The position numbers were made by a program, and so were the translations under genes. The notes below the pieces were generated by a model, which saw nothing but the letters and a program-made list of their open reading frames with translations, was not told where the DNA came from and made no database searches. Shown one piece after another: positions 52,771 through 63,369 of a stretch of 64,000 nt of DNA. Origin of the DNA: an uncultured Planctomycetaceae bacterium (GTDB lineage: Bacteria; Planctomycetota; Planctomycetia; Pirellulales; PALSA-1355); the NCBI GenBank assembly GCA_963785305.1, contig CAWAUV010000007.1:96001-160000 (forward strand). The letters are read 5' to 3'. How positions within the stretch are numbered: the first letter of the stretch is position 1; the number at the start of each line of letters is the position of its first letter.

Positions 52771-55623
52771 TCACAGCACCGGCAGGTACACATACATCCC
52801 GAGAACGTCTGGCGGCAGTTGCGGCTCAATGTCGTACTTTACGCCGGTTCGCCGCATTGCATGGCGGACACGCTGATGCGCGGCCAACAGTTCCTTGCCG
52901 CGCTCGCCGGCAAGTTGATCGAGACGAGGACGAACGTGGTCGAACTCGTCAATGGCCCGCTGGATGAAGCCGCGTGCCACGTCATCGGGAACGTTTTCAT
53001 CCGGAGCGGCTTCCAGCAAGGCTTCCGCATCCGTGGCCGAGAGCCACTCCGCAGAGGCCGGAGCGCCGCGAAATCCGATCACGCGACAATCTTCAGCCAA
53101 GAGAGGCTTCGTCTCGTCGCCGACCGTGGTGAGGATGTGGTAACGGAAACGAACCAAGAGCAACGTGGTTCTGCCAGTTACTTTCTTCGTTCGGATGACA
53201 CCGCATCGAGCCGCGACTGGCCGGGCCTCAGCCGCCTGGTTGGAGTCGAGGGCGGTGTTCATGACATACGAGGCAAGTCCCTCAACGACGGTACTGGTCC
53301 GCGAGAGGTAAAGCTCGTCGTCTTGGACGCCAGGCTGGAACCGAGCGTTGAATTCGTCCTGGTCGCCGATGGCCTCGCGCACGGCCAAAGGGGATTCCTT
53401 CAAGTTGATGCGGAACCGCCCGTGCTGTTCGTGCATCGTGCCACGGTAAGCTTTCACGGCTGTCGTGACGAAACGCTGAACGTCGGTTTCCGAACCGATG
53501 GCCTGACGCATGGCCGCGACTTCCAAAGCCACTTCGTCCGGCTTGATTGTCTGCTGAGCAAACAGCGACCGACTTCGCTTCTCCCGTTCCGCCGCGTTTT
53601 TCCATTCGGTCTCGAACTCATCGACCTTGGTCTTCTCTTCGGGCGCCATGTCGAAAAGGGTTGGCTGATCCTTGTTCTCTTTCTTCCGCAACAGAAGCCC
53701 TTCGTAGAGAGCTTCCAGCAGGGAGTTGCTGCTGGTCGGCACCGGGATCGAGATGCCGAGGGCCTTGCGAATCGTCTGGTGTTTGCGAAGCAGGACTTCC
53801 AGGACGACCCCGTCGATTTGATTGTCCGTGCCGTAATAGGTCACGACCTTTACGACGGGTCGCGGCTGGCCGAAACGGTCAACGCGGCCTTCCCGCTGTT
53901 CGTGACGGGTCGGGTTCCAACTCAGGTCGTAATGGACGACGGCATCGAACAGGTGCTGCAAGTTCACGCCTTCACTGAGGCAATCGGTGCAAACCAGGAC
54001 ATACTTCTTCGAGTCGCGAAGCGTCAGGATGCGTTCTTCTCGCTCCGACGGAGGGATATTCCCCGTCACCGTCATAACGGCGACATCTTTCGGCAGCCGT
54101 TGGCGGAGTTGCTCGCCCAAGTATTCTGCCGTGGCAATGAAGCGGCAAAACAGGATTGGCCGATGCCCATCGACGATGAGCTTTTTGACGATCTGCACGA
54201 CCTTCATGAGCTTCGGGTCTTTGTCTCCCTGAAGCTCTTCCGCCGCACGGGCCAACTCCAACAGTTTCTTTCGATCCCGGCTTACCGTCGTGGTATCGGT
54301 TTCCAGGTCCGATACGTCCGAACCGGGGATGACATCCGGGGCTTCGGCGGTTTCGTCCAGGTCTTCGTCGAAAACGAGTGGCCGACTCACTTGATCGACT
54401 TCTTCCGGGCTTTCGGCAGAGATCGAGCGAATCTTACTTCTCAAGGTTGCAGCACCAGCAGCCGGACTGCTGGCCAAGGCACGCAACATACCGAGGGCGG
54501 CCCACCAGCAAACGCGTTGTCGGACCTTGGCCAGAGCCTGAGCGTCCTTAACCACTTCGCGGGCGTAATTCAGGACGCGCTCGAATAACCTTTGGTAATC
54601 GGAATCCTTGCCGAGCTGGTAGGTCTGTTCCTGCTCCAGGCGGTCAGGAAAAGCTGTGTCGAATTCCAGGTACTTGCGGATGTCGGCGCACCGCCGCTGC
54701 ACGAAATAGCGAGCTAGCTCCTCGCGTTGACGACGATTCTGATCGCCCGAAAGGTCGAGCGGCAGATTGCCAAACTCCGGCTTGAGCAGGGCGAGCAGCG
54801 ATCGGAAGCCTTCTTCATTGCCACTATGGGGCGTCGCCGTCACGAGCAGCACGTGCCGGGCGGGGTTTTTCGCCAGTGCTTGCACCACCTGATGCCGTTG
54901 TTGGCGACCGGTTCCCCGACCTGCTTGGCCTTGCAGGGTGCAAGTGTGGGCTTCATCGACGATGACCAGTTCGGGACATGCGCGTACGAAATCCTCGCGT
55001 CGCGATTCCGACTTGATGTAGTCCATCGACACGACGGTGAAGGGAAACACCTCGAATACGGATCGATTCCCGCAGAGCCGGTCGAGCTTGTTGGCAGTGC
55101 TAGCTAGGACGAGTTCCGCATCAATGTGAAACTTGTCGTGTAATTCTTCTTGCCACTGTTCCGCCAAGTGCGGCGGACAGAGGATGGCGAGCCGGTTGAC
55201 TTCGCCCCGATCGAGCATTTCTTTCGCGATGAGCAGGGCTTCAATCGTTTTGCCGATACCGACATCGTCCGCGATCAGCAGCCGAATCGGGTCCAGCTTC
55301 AAGGCCATCAAGAGCGGCACGAGTTGATAGGCACGGGGTTCGACGGCAATTCGCCCAAACGAGCGAAATGGCCCCGCGCTGGAACGGAACCCAAGCCGAA
55401 TGGCATCGCGAAGCATCCGGCAGCCTTGGTAGTCGCCGAGCCGGGACGGATCGGGTAGGGCGAACCGGGCTTCCTCGACCGTTTCCAGGGCCGTATCAAT
55501 GCCCGCAACTTCGGCATCCGTCCCGCCCAACGGCCGAACGATCAGGAACTCGTCCTGCGAGTCGGGTAGGACTACCCATTCTCGGCCTCGGACCTTTACC
55601 AGTGATCCCGCACTGAACGCCAT
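52771..55623 (-). CDS. SNF2-family helicase (DISARM DrmD-like)
   Basis: GSLVKVRGREWVV, LLIADDVGIGKT, VVDEAH-type box (VIVDEAH), TATPHSG, WNPTRHEQREGRVDRFGQ; GGAGG RBS before ATG 55623. Confidence 0.9.
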   Translation of the reverse strand: MAFSAGSLVKVRGREWVVLPDSQDEFLIVRPLGGTDAEVAGIDTALETVEEARFALPDPSRLGDYQGCRMLRDAIRLGFRSSAGPFRSFGRIAVEPRAYQLVPLLMALKLDPIRLLIADDVGIGKTIEALLIAKEMLDRGEVNRLAILCPPHLAEQWQEELHDKFHIDAELVLASTANKLDRLCGNRSVFEVFPFTVVSMDYIKSESRREDFVRACPELVIVDEAHTCTLQGQAGRGTGRQQRHQVVQALAKNPARHVLLVTATPHSGNEEGFRSLLALLKPEFGNLPLDLSGDQNRRQREELARYFVQRRCADIRKYLEFDTAFPDRLEQEQTYQLGKDSDYQRLFERVLNYAREVVKDAQALAKVRQRVCWWAALGMLRALASSPAAGAATLRSKIRSISAESPEEVDQVSRPLVFDEDLDETAEAPDVIPGSDVSDLETDTTTVSRDRKKLLELARAAEELQGDKDPKLMKVVQIVKKLIVDGHRPILFCRFIATAEYLGEQLRQRLPKDVAVMTVTGNIPPSEREERILTLRDSKKYVLVCTDCLSEGVNLQHLFDAVVHYDLSWNPTRHEQREGRVDRFGQPRPVVKVVTYYGTDNQIDGVVLEVLLRKHQTIRKALGISIPVPTSSNSLLEALYEGLLLRKKENKDQPTLFDMAPEEKTKVDEFETEWKNAAEREKRSRSLFAQQTIKPDEVALEVAAMRQAIGSETDVQRFVTTAVKAYRGTMHEQHGRFRINLKESPLAVREAIGDQDEFNARFQPGVQDDELYLSRTSTVVEGLASYVMNTALDSNQAAEARPVAARCGVIRTKKVTGRTTLLLVRFRYHILTTVGDETKPLLAEDCRVIGFRGAPASAEWLSATDAEALLEAAPDENVPDDVARGFIQRAIDEFDHVRPRLDQLAGERGKELLAAHQRVRHAMRRTGVKYDIEPQLPPDVLGMYVYLPVL

Positions 55624-55633
55624 GTTGCCTCCC

Positions 55634-58600
55634 TTACTGGCTTGCCGCCGATGTCGTGATCGGTACTTGTGCGACGCCGAAGATGTTTGGGTATCTGGCG
55701 ATAATCTCCGCCCAGTTGTCTTGGTGGTGGAAGCGAAGGACGGTGATACCGAGATCTTCCATCCGTGCCGAGGCGTCGGCATCTCGCTGTTGTCGCTCGG
55801 GGAAGTCATGCGGTGGACCGTCCACGTAGATTGCAGTGTGCTCCCGTTCGTAAACGAAATCCGGGCGAGTAGAGCATTGCGCGTAATGCTTCTGGCCGAC
55901 GGACGGAAGTCGATGGCCACGCAGTGCCAGGTAGTCGAGCCAAGCCTTTTCGAGATTGCTGTCGCAACCGGCTTTCAGGGTTTGCAGATGGTCAGCGAAC
56001 GGCTTCGGACTGGGGGAAGACTTCACGCCGCAAGACTGCAAATCTCGCAAGAAGCCCAAAAGCATTTTTCGATCAAGCAATTCGTGTTCACGCTGGTTCG
56101 AGTAGCTCATGAGGCAGTCGTAACATGCTGCCTCGCAGTCCTCCGAAGCTCCAACGGCCCGGCAGCGATCCTCGCCCGCTTCAGGGTCGAAATGGCAAAT
56201 CCGTAGAGCTTCAGTTGCAATTTCCGCCAAGCTATTCCCATTGTCGAGCAGCCGGCGCAGCACGCCCGCGCCACCCTCGGCTGATTCGTAAAGCAGGATG
56301 CGTCGTCGATCGTCCGAAGATGGAAGCGGCTCGGCCGCCAGTTCGTTGTCCTCAAGCTGATAGATGGCTTGAATGGCCTTCTTGATCGCGGCCTGAAGCG
56401 AGGTCATCGTTTTTGGATCAAGGTGCGTTGTGGGCTCGATGATAAGGCAATTTCTGCGATCCTCAACAAACGGAACGACGCGTTCCGTTTTTGCGCCGAG
56501 CGGGTCGGCGGGGTCTTCCTCGTCGGGGAGTTGGTCGGAGCGCTGCCAGTACCCTTTCTCCATATCGAGGACGAATCCGAGGCGATTCTTTTCAGCACGC
56601 CGCCGCCATCCCAGATTGACTCGCCAGATGTCCGCAGCGTCGCCGTAGGTAAGTTTAAGTACAGCGCCATTTGGCCCAGCGACTTCGGCTACCTGGAATA
56701 AGGCGACTCCACCGACCTCCTTAAAGCGCAAGCCGGTGCGGATTTCGTAGCCCATGCGGGTGCGTTCTTCTTCGTCGCTGGTGATGCGATCACGACGTTT
56801 CGTCGAAACGTTTTGCAGGCGGAGCAGCCGATCGATGCGGTCGAGGTTGGCGCTTCCACAGTTCTCGCAGCAGTTGGGGCCGGCTTCTGTGGCACCAAGT
56901 TCGTGAATATACCCGCAGGCGCCACACTGCTTCACCGAGACCGTGATCGCTTCCCCCTCATCTGTTGGTTCCTTTCGGTATCCGACGGGCAGAATCACCT
57001 TGTTGACGATGTAACGCGATCCTTCGTGGTAAATGATGCTCCTTGGGCCGAACTCGGAAATTGCCAAGAAGCGGGGCCGAGACAGGAATTCATCCTTACC
57101 CTGAACCCGCCGACGGGCGGGGATGTATGCCGACAAGGGCAGACGTGGGAAGTTATATCCGGGCAGGAAGCCTTCACTGGCGAAGTACCGATAGCTGTAG
57201 AAGTCCGATTGGACCACATTCTTGGCATCAGTGAGGAGTTCGATTTGCGCTTCAGCCTCTCGCCGTAGACGTTTCGCCTCCTCCCACATGGGCCGGCGGG
57301 CGACATCGGCAATGATCGAGTTTTGATACTCGAATTGGGCCTTCGCAGCACGAAACAGGCTCCGCCAGCGGTTACATGCTGCTTCAAATTCTTGCATCGT
57401 GTGGTCGAGCACGAGCTTCAGCCATTCCGATGTATACCACGGGGCTGCACGTAGGTCTTCCTCGATCGTTTTGAGGATGGCACTGGACTTACGGTAGGCG
57501 GCTTCGAGAACACCTGACCGCGTCAAGCTAGTACGGACGCTTGGAAGTATCGCCAAGGACGGTTTGACCCCCTGAACGTCCAGAATCTCGGTCAGCGAAT
57601 TGCCAAGGAACGTATTGGTCTCGGCCAGCCACACAGCGTACGCGTGGGCTTTGATTAAATCTTCGTTTGCAAGGTCGAGACGTGGTGGCGACACCGCGCC
57701 GGATACCATCCGGTCTGGCAGGCGGAAGAAGTACTGATCGTGCGAATTGCCCGTGGCGCAATAGGTCAGCACGAATGCTGGCTGGCCACTGCGGCCAGCA
57801 CGGCCACTGCGCTGAGCGTAATTGGCCGGCGTCGGGGGCACATTTCGCATGTTGACGACATTGAGCTGTCGAATGTCAACGCCCAATTCCATCGTTGGGG
57901 AACAGTAAAGCACCGGCAGCTTTCCATCGCCAAAGTCCTTTTCCCGCTGCTCGCGCTCGTCATATGGAACCTGGGCCGTGTGCTCCCTGGCCTCCAGGCC
58001 CCGGCATGATCCCGCAACGTGCTGATAAAACCGGACGAAGAACGGGTTCGTCCGGCCGCCCTTTTCCGGCGGGTTTGGAACACGAATAGGGTCGTGAAAA
58101 GCGACCGTCCCGTCAGCCGCGTGCCAGTACATCGCGGCAGCAGACAACTGATAACCGGGGACGGGATTATCACCCGTTGGCTCGGCTGTCTCGACGAGGT
58201 ATTGCGCGGTTTTCAGAACGCGAAATAGGTCGCGTAGTATGGCGTCTTTATCGGCCAAACGCAGCTTTGTTCCGGTCCGCTCAAACTCCGGGAATGTCCC
58301 ACGTCGTCCCAAGAAGATACCGAACCCACTTCGACCAGATAGGTAGGAAAAGTACATCCGATCATGTGGGCCACGAGCACGTGGGAAGACGGCCGATGCC
58401 AGTTCCGGCTTTTCCTGCTCGTCGATTGCCCAGGGTGAGCGCAATCGCTGGGAACTCTGCATTTGGAGTCGTTCAAAAAAGTCTCCCTTGAGGTAATCGA
58501 CATCGATTGCCAATTCGCGGCGCAGGTAGTCCAGCAGAACCCTGGCGATGCGTTCACGAATCTTTGGCGCAGCCATGACCAAGGCGGCATGACACCCTTG

Positions 58601-60874
58601 CCAGTGGTCCTCCGACTGACACAGTTCATCAATGGACGGGTAATCGATCTTCAGCAGGCCACACTGTTCGAGGTTGGGCGAGGTGACGCGCCAGCCACGC
58701 TTCAAGTCTCGATATAGCCGATAGCCAAGAACGTTGCGAAAGGATTTGTCCGTTTCAGCCCGCTGAGCAAATTGAACTCCCGGTTCGCGAGCGTAAAGTT
58801 CAAGAGGCAAGGCAAGGGCCTTGAATACTTTTTGGGATAGTTCGTCATGGGATATTCCATCAGAACCGGCTGCCGCAACGGCTTTGTAAAGCGCAGCGCG
58901 CAGCAAGCTCACCTCGACAAAATCGTTGAAATGACCAGCTTGTAGCGAGGCATCCTGCCGGTTGTCGGTGAAACTCAGCAGCTTGCGGGCATGTTCCTGC
59001 AACGAAGCTTCCGACCGGAGAAACCGAACCGCATACAAGCTCAGAATGGTCGTGGCAGTGCTTCGGCCGCCAGTAGCTAAAGTCGCCAGCCGTCCAAAAT
59101 CCGATTCCCCGCGCCGTGCCCGGTACGATACCTCGCAGCAAAGGCAGAAGCGGAATGGCAAGGTCAGGAAGGCAAATGCCTGTCCATTCGGGCTGACCTC
59201 GCCATTGGGCGCTATCCGCACAGTTGTCGGCACATCGTTCCGCAATGTGGATCGAACGCGCGACTTCCCACCGCTCTCTTCGATCCATTCTTCTGGAACT
59301 CGCTGAACGATCTCTTCAGGGTCTTCTGGCCAAGGCCGTTCGGAATCGCGGTATAAGAAACCGGCTTCCCCCTGTTCATCGTCCAAGCCTCGATCTGACA
59401 GCTTGCGGGGCTTGAACACAACCAACTTTGATTGCCGGTCGGTGACTTTCCAGACCGTGTAGTATTCTGCTCCACACTCGCGGCAAAAAGCCAATGGGTA
59501 AAGGAGTCGGCCTCGGTCGCCAGGGACGAATTGTTGTCCGCTCAGCGAGAAGTGCCGTTGTCCAACGTCCTCCAGGGTGGCGAAGACCGCGTCACCGCGA
59601 CTGATAAACTGGTGCAAGCGAAATGCAAACGGTTTGGCGCTCGTTTCCGGGTTTGCTTGGCACGTGTGACCAGCAAGCAACCAAGATCGAATTGCGTTTG
59701 CACATTTGTCCTCGGCAATGCTCGTTAATTGACTCAGCTTTCGGGCAGCCCCAGATTCCCCGCTGATCGACAGGGGCTTCGCGCGAACGAGGCGATTGTC
59801 ATCCTGGTCACGGCGGAGACCGAAAGTCGCCTCAAGCCAACTGGCCATCATGGTTGCCACGAACCCAGGATAATCGGCTGGGATCGAGGCTCCCTCAATG
59901 TCGGCACGTAGTCGAGCTAGATTGTCTGCGGCCGAAAAATCGTGATCCCGAGTGGCACGAGTCAGAGTCTCACCGATGACGGCATCAGGTTCGACTTTGG
60001 CACCAAAGAGGCGACCCGCAACTTCTGCAATCTGTGTACGTTGTTGGACAAAGCTGCCGCCAGTCGCCATTGTCGCTGAAGTGCCAACGCAGAGGAGGTC
60101 CTTTGCTTGGCATGCTTCCCGCACTCGCCGCGTAAGCATCGCTACATCCGCGCCTTGGCGCCCGCGGTATGTGTGGAGTTCATCAAGTACGAGAAATCGA
60201 AGTCCGCGTGCCGCATTGATGATCTTGCGCTCGAAGGGCCGCGTGAGCAACAGTTCGAGCATTACGTAGTTGGTGAGCAGGATGTCCGGAGGATTTGCCG
60301 AGATCTCGTCACGACGCTGCTGGTCTTCTTGGCCGGTGTAGCGATCAAACCGAACAGGTTCATTGCCCGCTCCGTAGCCCAATCGCAAGAACTTTTCCAG
60401 TTCCCCGTACTGGCTGTTACACAGAGCGTTCATCGGATACACAACGATTGCTTTGATGCCGTTGCCCCGGCCCACACGAAGCACGTGATCCACGATGGGT
60501 ACGATGTACGCCAGACTTTTGCCCGACCCAGTTCCAGTGGTGAGTACGTAGTTCATGCCGCGACTTGCCGAATGGACCGCGTCAACCTGATGTCTATGCA
60601 AGCGCATGGGCGTGCCGAGAGAGTCGGACACGGTCTTGATTCGGAATATCTTCTGGCACTCTGCATGAAGCTTTTCTTGCTTTACCAGGTCGTCAACCTT
60701 CCCTCCGAACTCGAAGGTGGGATTCATCTGGATCAGCGGCTGCGGCCACAGCGCCTCATCCGTCAGGCTCTGCTCGACGTATTCCCGCAGTGCAGCTTCG
60801 CGGATCTGAACGAAACTGCGGACATAGTCGGCATATTCGTGGATCACCGTGTCGCGCAATCGAAAGACGTCCAT
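55634..60874 (-). CDS. Large DEAD/DEAH helicase with DUF1998 (MZB) and C-terminal Vsr/DUF559-like nuclease domain
   Basis: TGTGSGKS, YPMNAL, LDELHTY, QRSGRAGR, LYESAEGGAG, CEAACYDCL, RPDFVY...IYVDGPPH...LGITVLRF; 1746 aa. Confidence 0.9.
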   Translation of the reverse strand: MDVFRLRDTVIHEYADYVRSFVQIREAALREYVEQSLTDEALWPQPLIQMNPTFEFGGKVDDLVKQEKLHAECQKIFRIKTVSDSLGTPMRLHRHQVDAVHSASRGMNYVLTTGTGSGKSLAYIVPIVDHVLRVGRGNGIKAIVVYPMNALCNSQYGELEKFLRLGYGAGNEPVRFDRYTGQEDQQRRDEISANPPDILLTNYVMLELLLTRPFERKIINAARGLRFLVLDELHTYRGRQGADVAMLTRRVREACQAKDLLCVGTSATMATGGSFVQQRTQIAEVAGRLFGAKVEPDAVIGETLTRATRDHDFSAADNLARLRADIEGASIPADYPGFVATMMASWLEATFGLRRDQDDNRLVRAKPLSISGESGAARKLSQLTSIAEDKCANAIRSWLLAGHTCQANPETSAKPFAFRLHQFISRGDAVFATLEDVGQRHFSLSGQQFVPGDRGRLLYPLAFCRECGAEYYTVWKVTDRQSKLVVFKPRKLSDRGLDDEQGEAGFLYRDSERPWPEDPEEIVQRVPEEWIEESGGKSRVRSTLRNDVPTTVRIAPNGEVSPNGQAFAFLTLPFRFCLCCEVSYRARRGESDFGRLATLATGGRSTATTILSLYAVRFLRSEASLQEHARKLLSFTDNRQDASLQAGHFNDFVEVSLLRAALYKAVAAAGSDGISHDELSQKVFKALALPLELYAREPGVQFAQRAETDKSFRNVLGYRLYRDLKRGWRVTSPNLEQCGLLKIDYPSIDELCQSEDHWQGCHAALVMAAPKIRERIARVLLDYLRRELAIDVDYLKGDFFERLQMQSSQRLRSPWAIDEQEKPELASAVFPRARGPHDRMYFSYLSGRSGFGIFLGRRGTFPEFERTGTKLRLADKDAILRDLFRVLKTAQYLVETAEPTGDNPVPGYQLSAAAMYWHAADGTVAFHDPIRVPNPPEKGGRTNPFFVRFYQHVAGSCRGLEAREHTAQVPYDEREQREKDFGDGKLPVLYCSPTMELGVDIRQLNVVNMRNVPPTPANYAQRSGRAGRSGQPAFVLTYCATGNSHDQYFFRLPDRMVSGAVSPPRLDLANEDLIKAHAYAVWLAETNTFLGNSLTEILDVQGVKPSLAILPSVRTSLTRSGVLEAAYRKSSAILKTIEEDLRAAPWYTSEWLKLVLDHTMQEFEAACNRWRSLFRAAKAQFEYQNSIIADVARRPMWEEAKRLRREAEAQIELLTDAKNVVQSDFYSYRYFASEGFLPGYNFPRLPLSAYIPARRRVQGKDEFLSRPRFLAISEFGPRSIIYHEGSRYIVNKVILPVGYRKEPTDEGEAITVSVKQCGACGYIHELGATEAGPNCCENCGSANLDRIDRLLRLQNVSTKRRDRITSDEEERTRMGYEIRTGLRFKEVGGVALFQVAEVAGPNGAVLKLTYGDAADIWRVNLGWRRRAEKNRLGFVLDMEKGYWQRSDQLPDEEDPADPLGAKTERVVPFVEDRRNCLIIEPTTHLDPKTMTSLQAAIKKAIQAIYQLEDNELAAEPLPSSDDRRRILLYESAEGGAGVLRRLLDNGNSLAEIATEALRICHFDPEAGEDRCRAVGASEDCEAACYDCLMSYSNQREHELLDRKMLLGFLRDLQSCGVKSSPSPKPFADHLQTLKAGCDSNLEKAWLDYLALRGHRLPSVGQKHYAQCSTRPDFVYEREHTAIYVDGPPHDFPERQQRDADASARMEDLGITVLRFHHQDNWAEIIARYPNIFGVAQVPITTSAASQ

Positions 60875-61098
60875 AATCGCATCCCTTCAGGCTCTGCCAT
60901 CGCCAGTACCGGTCCCCATCGGTCTTGGCATGGCCATGCCAGCAACTTGGCCCAAGTCTCTGTGGATATTGGCTTCTTCATCGTCCGCAGGTCACGAGAG
61001 TGAAGCCACCAAAGATACCCTTTCGATGCCACCTTTGACAGCCTCACTATGTCCGGATGGGGGCACCGGAAATCCGAGCCGCAGCCGCACATGGCGGC

Positions 61099-62976
61099 CT
61101 AAATGCTCTCGCCATACCCGGTGTCGCCCGAGTCATAGGGGCCGACCCATTGCGCCACGATCAGGCACGATTCGAGAATCGCTCCCACGGTCGTCGAGCC
61201 GCCGGAATTTATCACCACGTCGAGAGTGACCTGGCTACCCGATTGAAGATTCAGCAGAAAGTCGTTCGACACCGTGATTTGGCCGTATGGCGTCACGGTC
61301 GCCGAGAGAAAAAACTGCGGCGACAACGTGGATGGCGAGCCACCCGGCGTCGTGACGAAGGGTCGAACATAAATCAGCAGCGACGGCACGCCGCCGGATT
61401 CCAGGTAGCTGTGCGTATGCGATGGGAGCCCGGCGCCGGAGGCGTACCCTGTGTTGTTGGTAATGTTTCCCGACGTCGTGTTGAATGCGGTGTTTCCTTC
61501 GAGAGTCGCCGTTAGCGAAATCTTCCATTGGCCATCCAGGTTGACCTGAAAAATCGGATCGTCGTAAGTCGCCATTGAACCGGCCAAAATCGTGATTGCC
61601 GAGGCCGACGGATTGCCGCGATATTTGGTCGGCTTGACGTTCGGCGCGTCCGAGCCCCGAAATTCGTTGGCGCCGTATCCTGAGGGAGTTCCGGAGCTGG
61701 CCCAAAACAGCGTCGACGTGAACAGCATCAGCGGCGGCCGCGTCGAGTCACGGCGACAGAAGTAAAGCGGCCTTGGATCACTCGTGCCGCCCGAGCCGCC
61801 GGGATAGGGGTCGAACGTGCCGAGCAGCGCAGCCACATAATTGTCGCCGCAGACGGCCGTCGGCGCGGTCGAGCCCTGCGAGCCGCCCGGCACATCCACG
61901 AAATAAAGCCACGCGCTGATGCTGTTGTTCGTCCACGGCGCGCTCGAAAACGATGTTGTTCCCGGCGTGTAAGCCATCACCTGCGCGTCGAATAGATTTG
62001 TGGTCGTGTTGGTTGGCTTGACGCCCTGCCCAGTTGTAGGCGATCCGCTGCCGCTGATGAGCGTATTATTCGTCGTGATTTGAACGACGTCGGTTTGGCA
62101 ACCCTTGCGCACGGCGTAGAGCGGCAACGTGACTGAGCCCACCGCATATGTCCCGCAGGGAATACCGACATACTTCTCGCCCTTGACCAGCGTGGGATTT
62201 GGCCCGCCAGACCCGCTCACGCTGTCCAAGTCCAGAATCCAGCAGGTAGGCGTAGTCGTGGAGACGCTGGGTAACGGCATCGGTGAGAAACGATTGCCGC
62301 CGGTGTCGTTCGCGAATGTAGGCGCGGTCGTCTGAACCGTGACGAGCACGCCGGCCCAGAGCGCCTGACCGTATGGACTGCTCGGTGTCCCGGCGGTGAC
62401 CCCGCTTGTGTCGATCACGGCAACGACTGCCGCGCCCGCCGAGCTGGCTGAAATTCCAATCGCCGCGTTATCGACCAAATCGTCGGTCAACACGCCGAGC
62501 ACCTGAAGTGCGCCAGGCCCGCTACCCTTGGTCATTGTCCATTGGCCGCTCTTCGGCTGCCACATCTCGCCGGGGTTTGGCGTGACGCTACCCGATCCAC
62601 CAGGAGCCAAGTCGTCGAAAACGAATCGAATGTGCGGCGTCTCTTGCGCTGTCCCGAAGCCTTGGCCATCTACGGCCTGGATGCTGTTCCAGACGAAGGA
62701 TGTCGTCGACGTGGCCGTGCCATCGGCCTGTTTGACAGAAACGTAATTCTCGCCTTGCTCATCGTCGGGCTGCACGACTTCGACGACTTGGCAACAACCA
62801 TAGGGTGGAATCTGATCGTCGCCCGAGTTATAGATCGGGAGCTGAACAGGCGTCGAAAACGGTGGCTGCGGTCGAAATCTCGTTCGGTTGGCCGGCGCGC
62901 GGTTGAATTCCTCTGCGACGCGCGCAACCTTTCTCGCGCCTTCTTGCGTGAAGCCTATGATCGGTTCATCTGTCAT
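61099..62976 (-). CDS. Putative phage tail fibre / receptor-binding protein
   Basis: 625 aa, Thr/Ser/Gly-rich and beta-rich, no signal peptide, internal duplicated module, SHTHS motif; last gene of a tightly packed cluster. Confidence 0.55.
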   Translation of the reverse strand: MTDEPIIGFTQEGARKVARVAEEFNRAPANRTRFRPQPPFSTPVQLPIYNSGDDQIPPYGCCQVVEVVQPDDEQGENYVSVKQADGTATSTTSFVWNSIQAVDGQGFGTAQETPHIRFVFDDLAPGGSGSVTPNPGEMWQPKSGQWTMTKGSGPGALQVLGVLTDDLVDNAAIGISASSAGAAVVAVIDTSGVTAGTPSSPYGQALWAGVLVTVQTTAPTFANDTGGNRFSPMPLPSVSTTTPTCWILDLDSVSGSGGPNPTLVKGEKYVGIPCGTYAVGSVTLPLYAVRKGCQTDVVQITTNNTLISGSGSPTTGQGVKPTNTTTNLFDAQVMAYTPGTTSFSSAPWTNNSISAWLYFVDVPGGSQGSTAPTAVCGDNYVAALLGTFDPYPGGSGGTSDPRPLYFCRRDSTRPPLMLFTSTLFWASSGTPSGYGANEFRGSDAPNVKPTKYRGNPSASAITILAGSMATYDDPIFQVNLDGQWKISLTATLEGNTAFNTTSGNITNNTGYASGAGLPSHTHSYLESGGVPSLLIYVRPFVTTPGGSPSTLSPQFFLSATVTPYGQITVSNDFLLNLQSGSQVTLDVVINSGGSTTVGAILESCLIVAQWVGPYDSGDTGYGESI

Positions 62977-62985
62977 TGGAGCCGC

Positions 62986-63357
62986 TCAGGTTTCAAGGAT
63001 CGTGTAGTCGAGCAGGCAGGCTGCGGTGTTGGCTTGGGCGTACACGTTGCTGAGCTGTGCCAGGCGGAACAGGGTCGTCTCGCCCGGCAGGAGCGTGACC
63101 AGCGGGTAGAACGTGCTCGACACTTCTACGCCAATCTGTAAATAGTTGGTCGAATCGAGGTTGGTGAACTCGCCCCAGCCGGGGTTGCTGAAGCTACTTG
63201 CAAACGCGACCTGCGTGGCCGTCGTGCCGATCGACTGCGTGTTGCCCGTCTTCAGGGATCCAGCCTGATTGGCGCGAAAGCTGATGTTGCCGCTCTGGTA
63301 AGTCAGGTTGACATTCGAGCAAGAGAGCGACTGCGTGACTTTGATTTCGTTGGACAT
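62986..63357 (-). CDS. Small phage-like hypothetical (virion-associated?) protein
   Basis: 123 aa beta-rich ORF with AAGG RBS, packed between tail-like genes. Confidence 0.6.
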   Translation of the reverse strand: MSNEIKVTQSLSCSNVNLTYQSGNISFRANQAGSLKTGNTQSIGTTATQVAFASSFSNPGWGEFTNLDSTNYLQIGVEVSSTFYPLVTLLPGETTLFRLAQLSNVYAQANTAACLLDYTILET

Positions 63358-63369
63358 AATTGCCTTTCG

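Noticed and set aside
44600..60874. Canonical DISARM class I, Druantia or BREX call
   Set aside because: No separate drmA/drmB, no recognisable druA-D partners, no pglZ/brxC; only partial correspondence.
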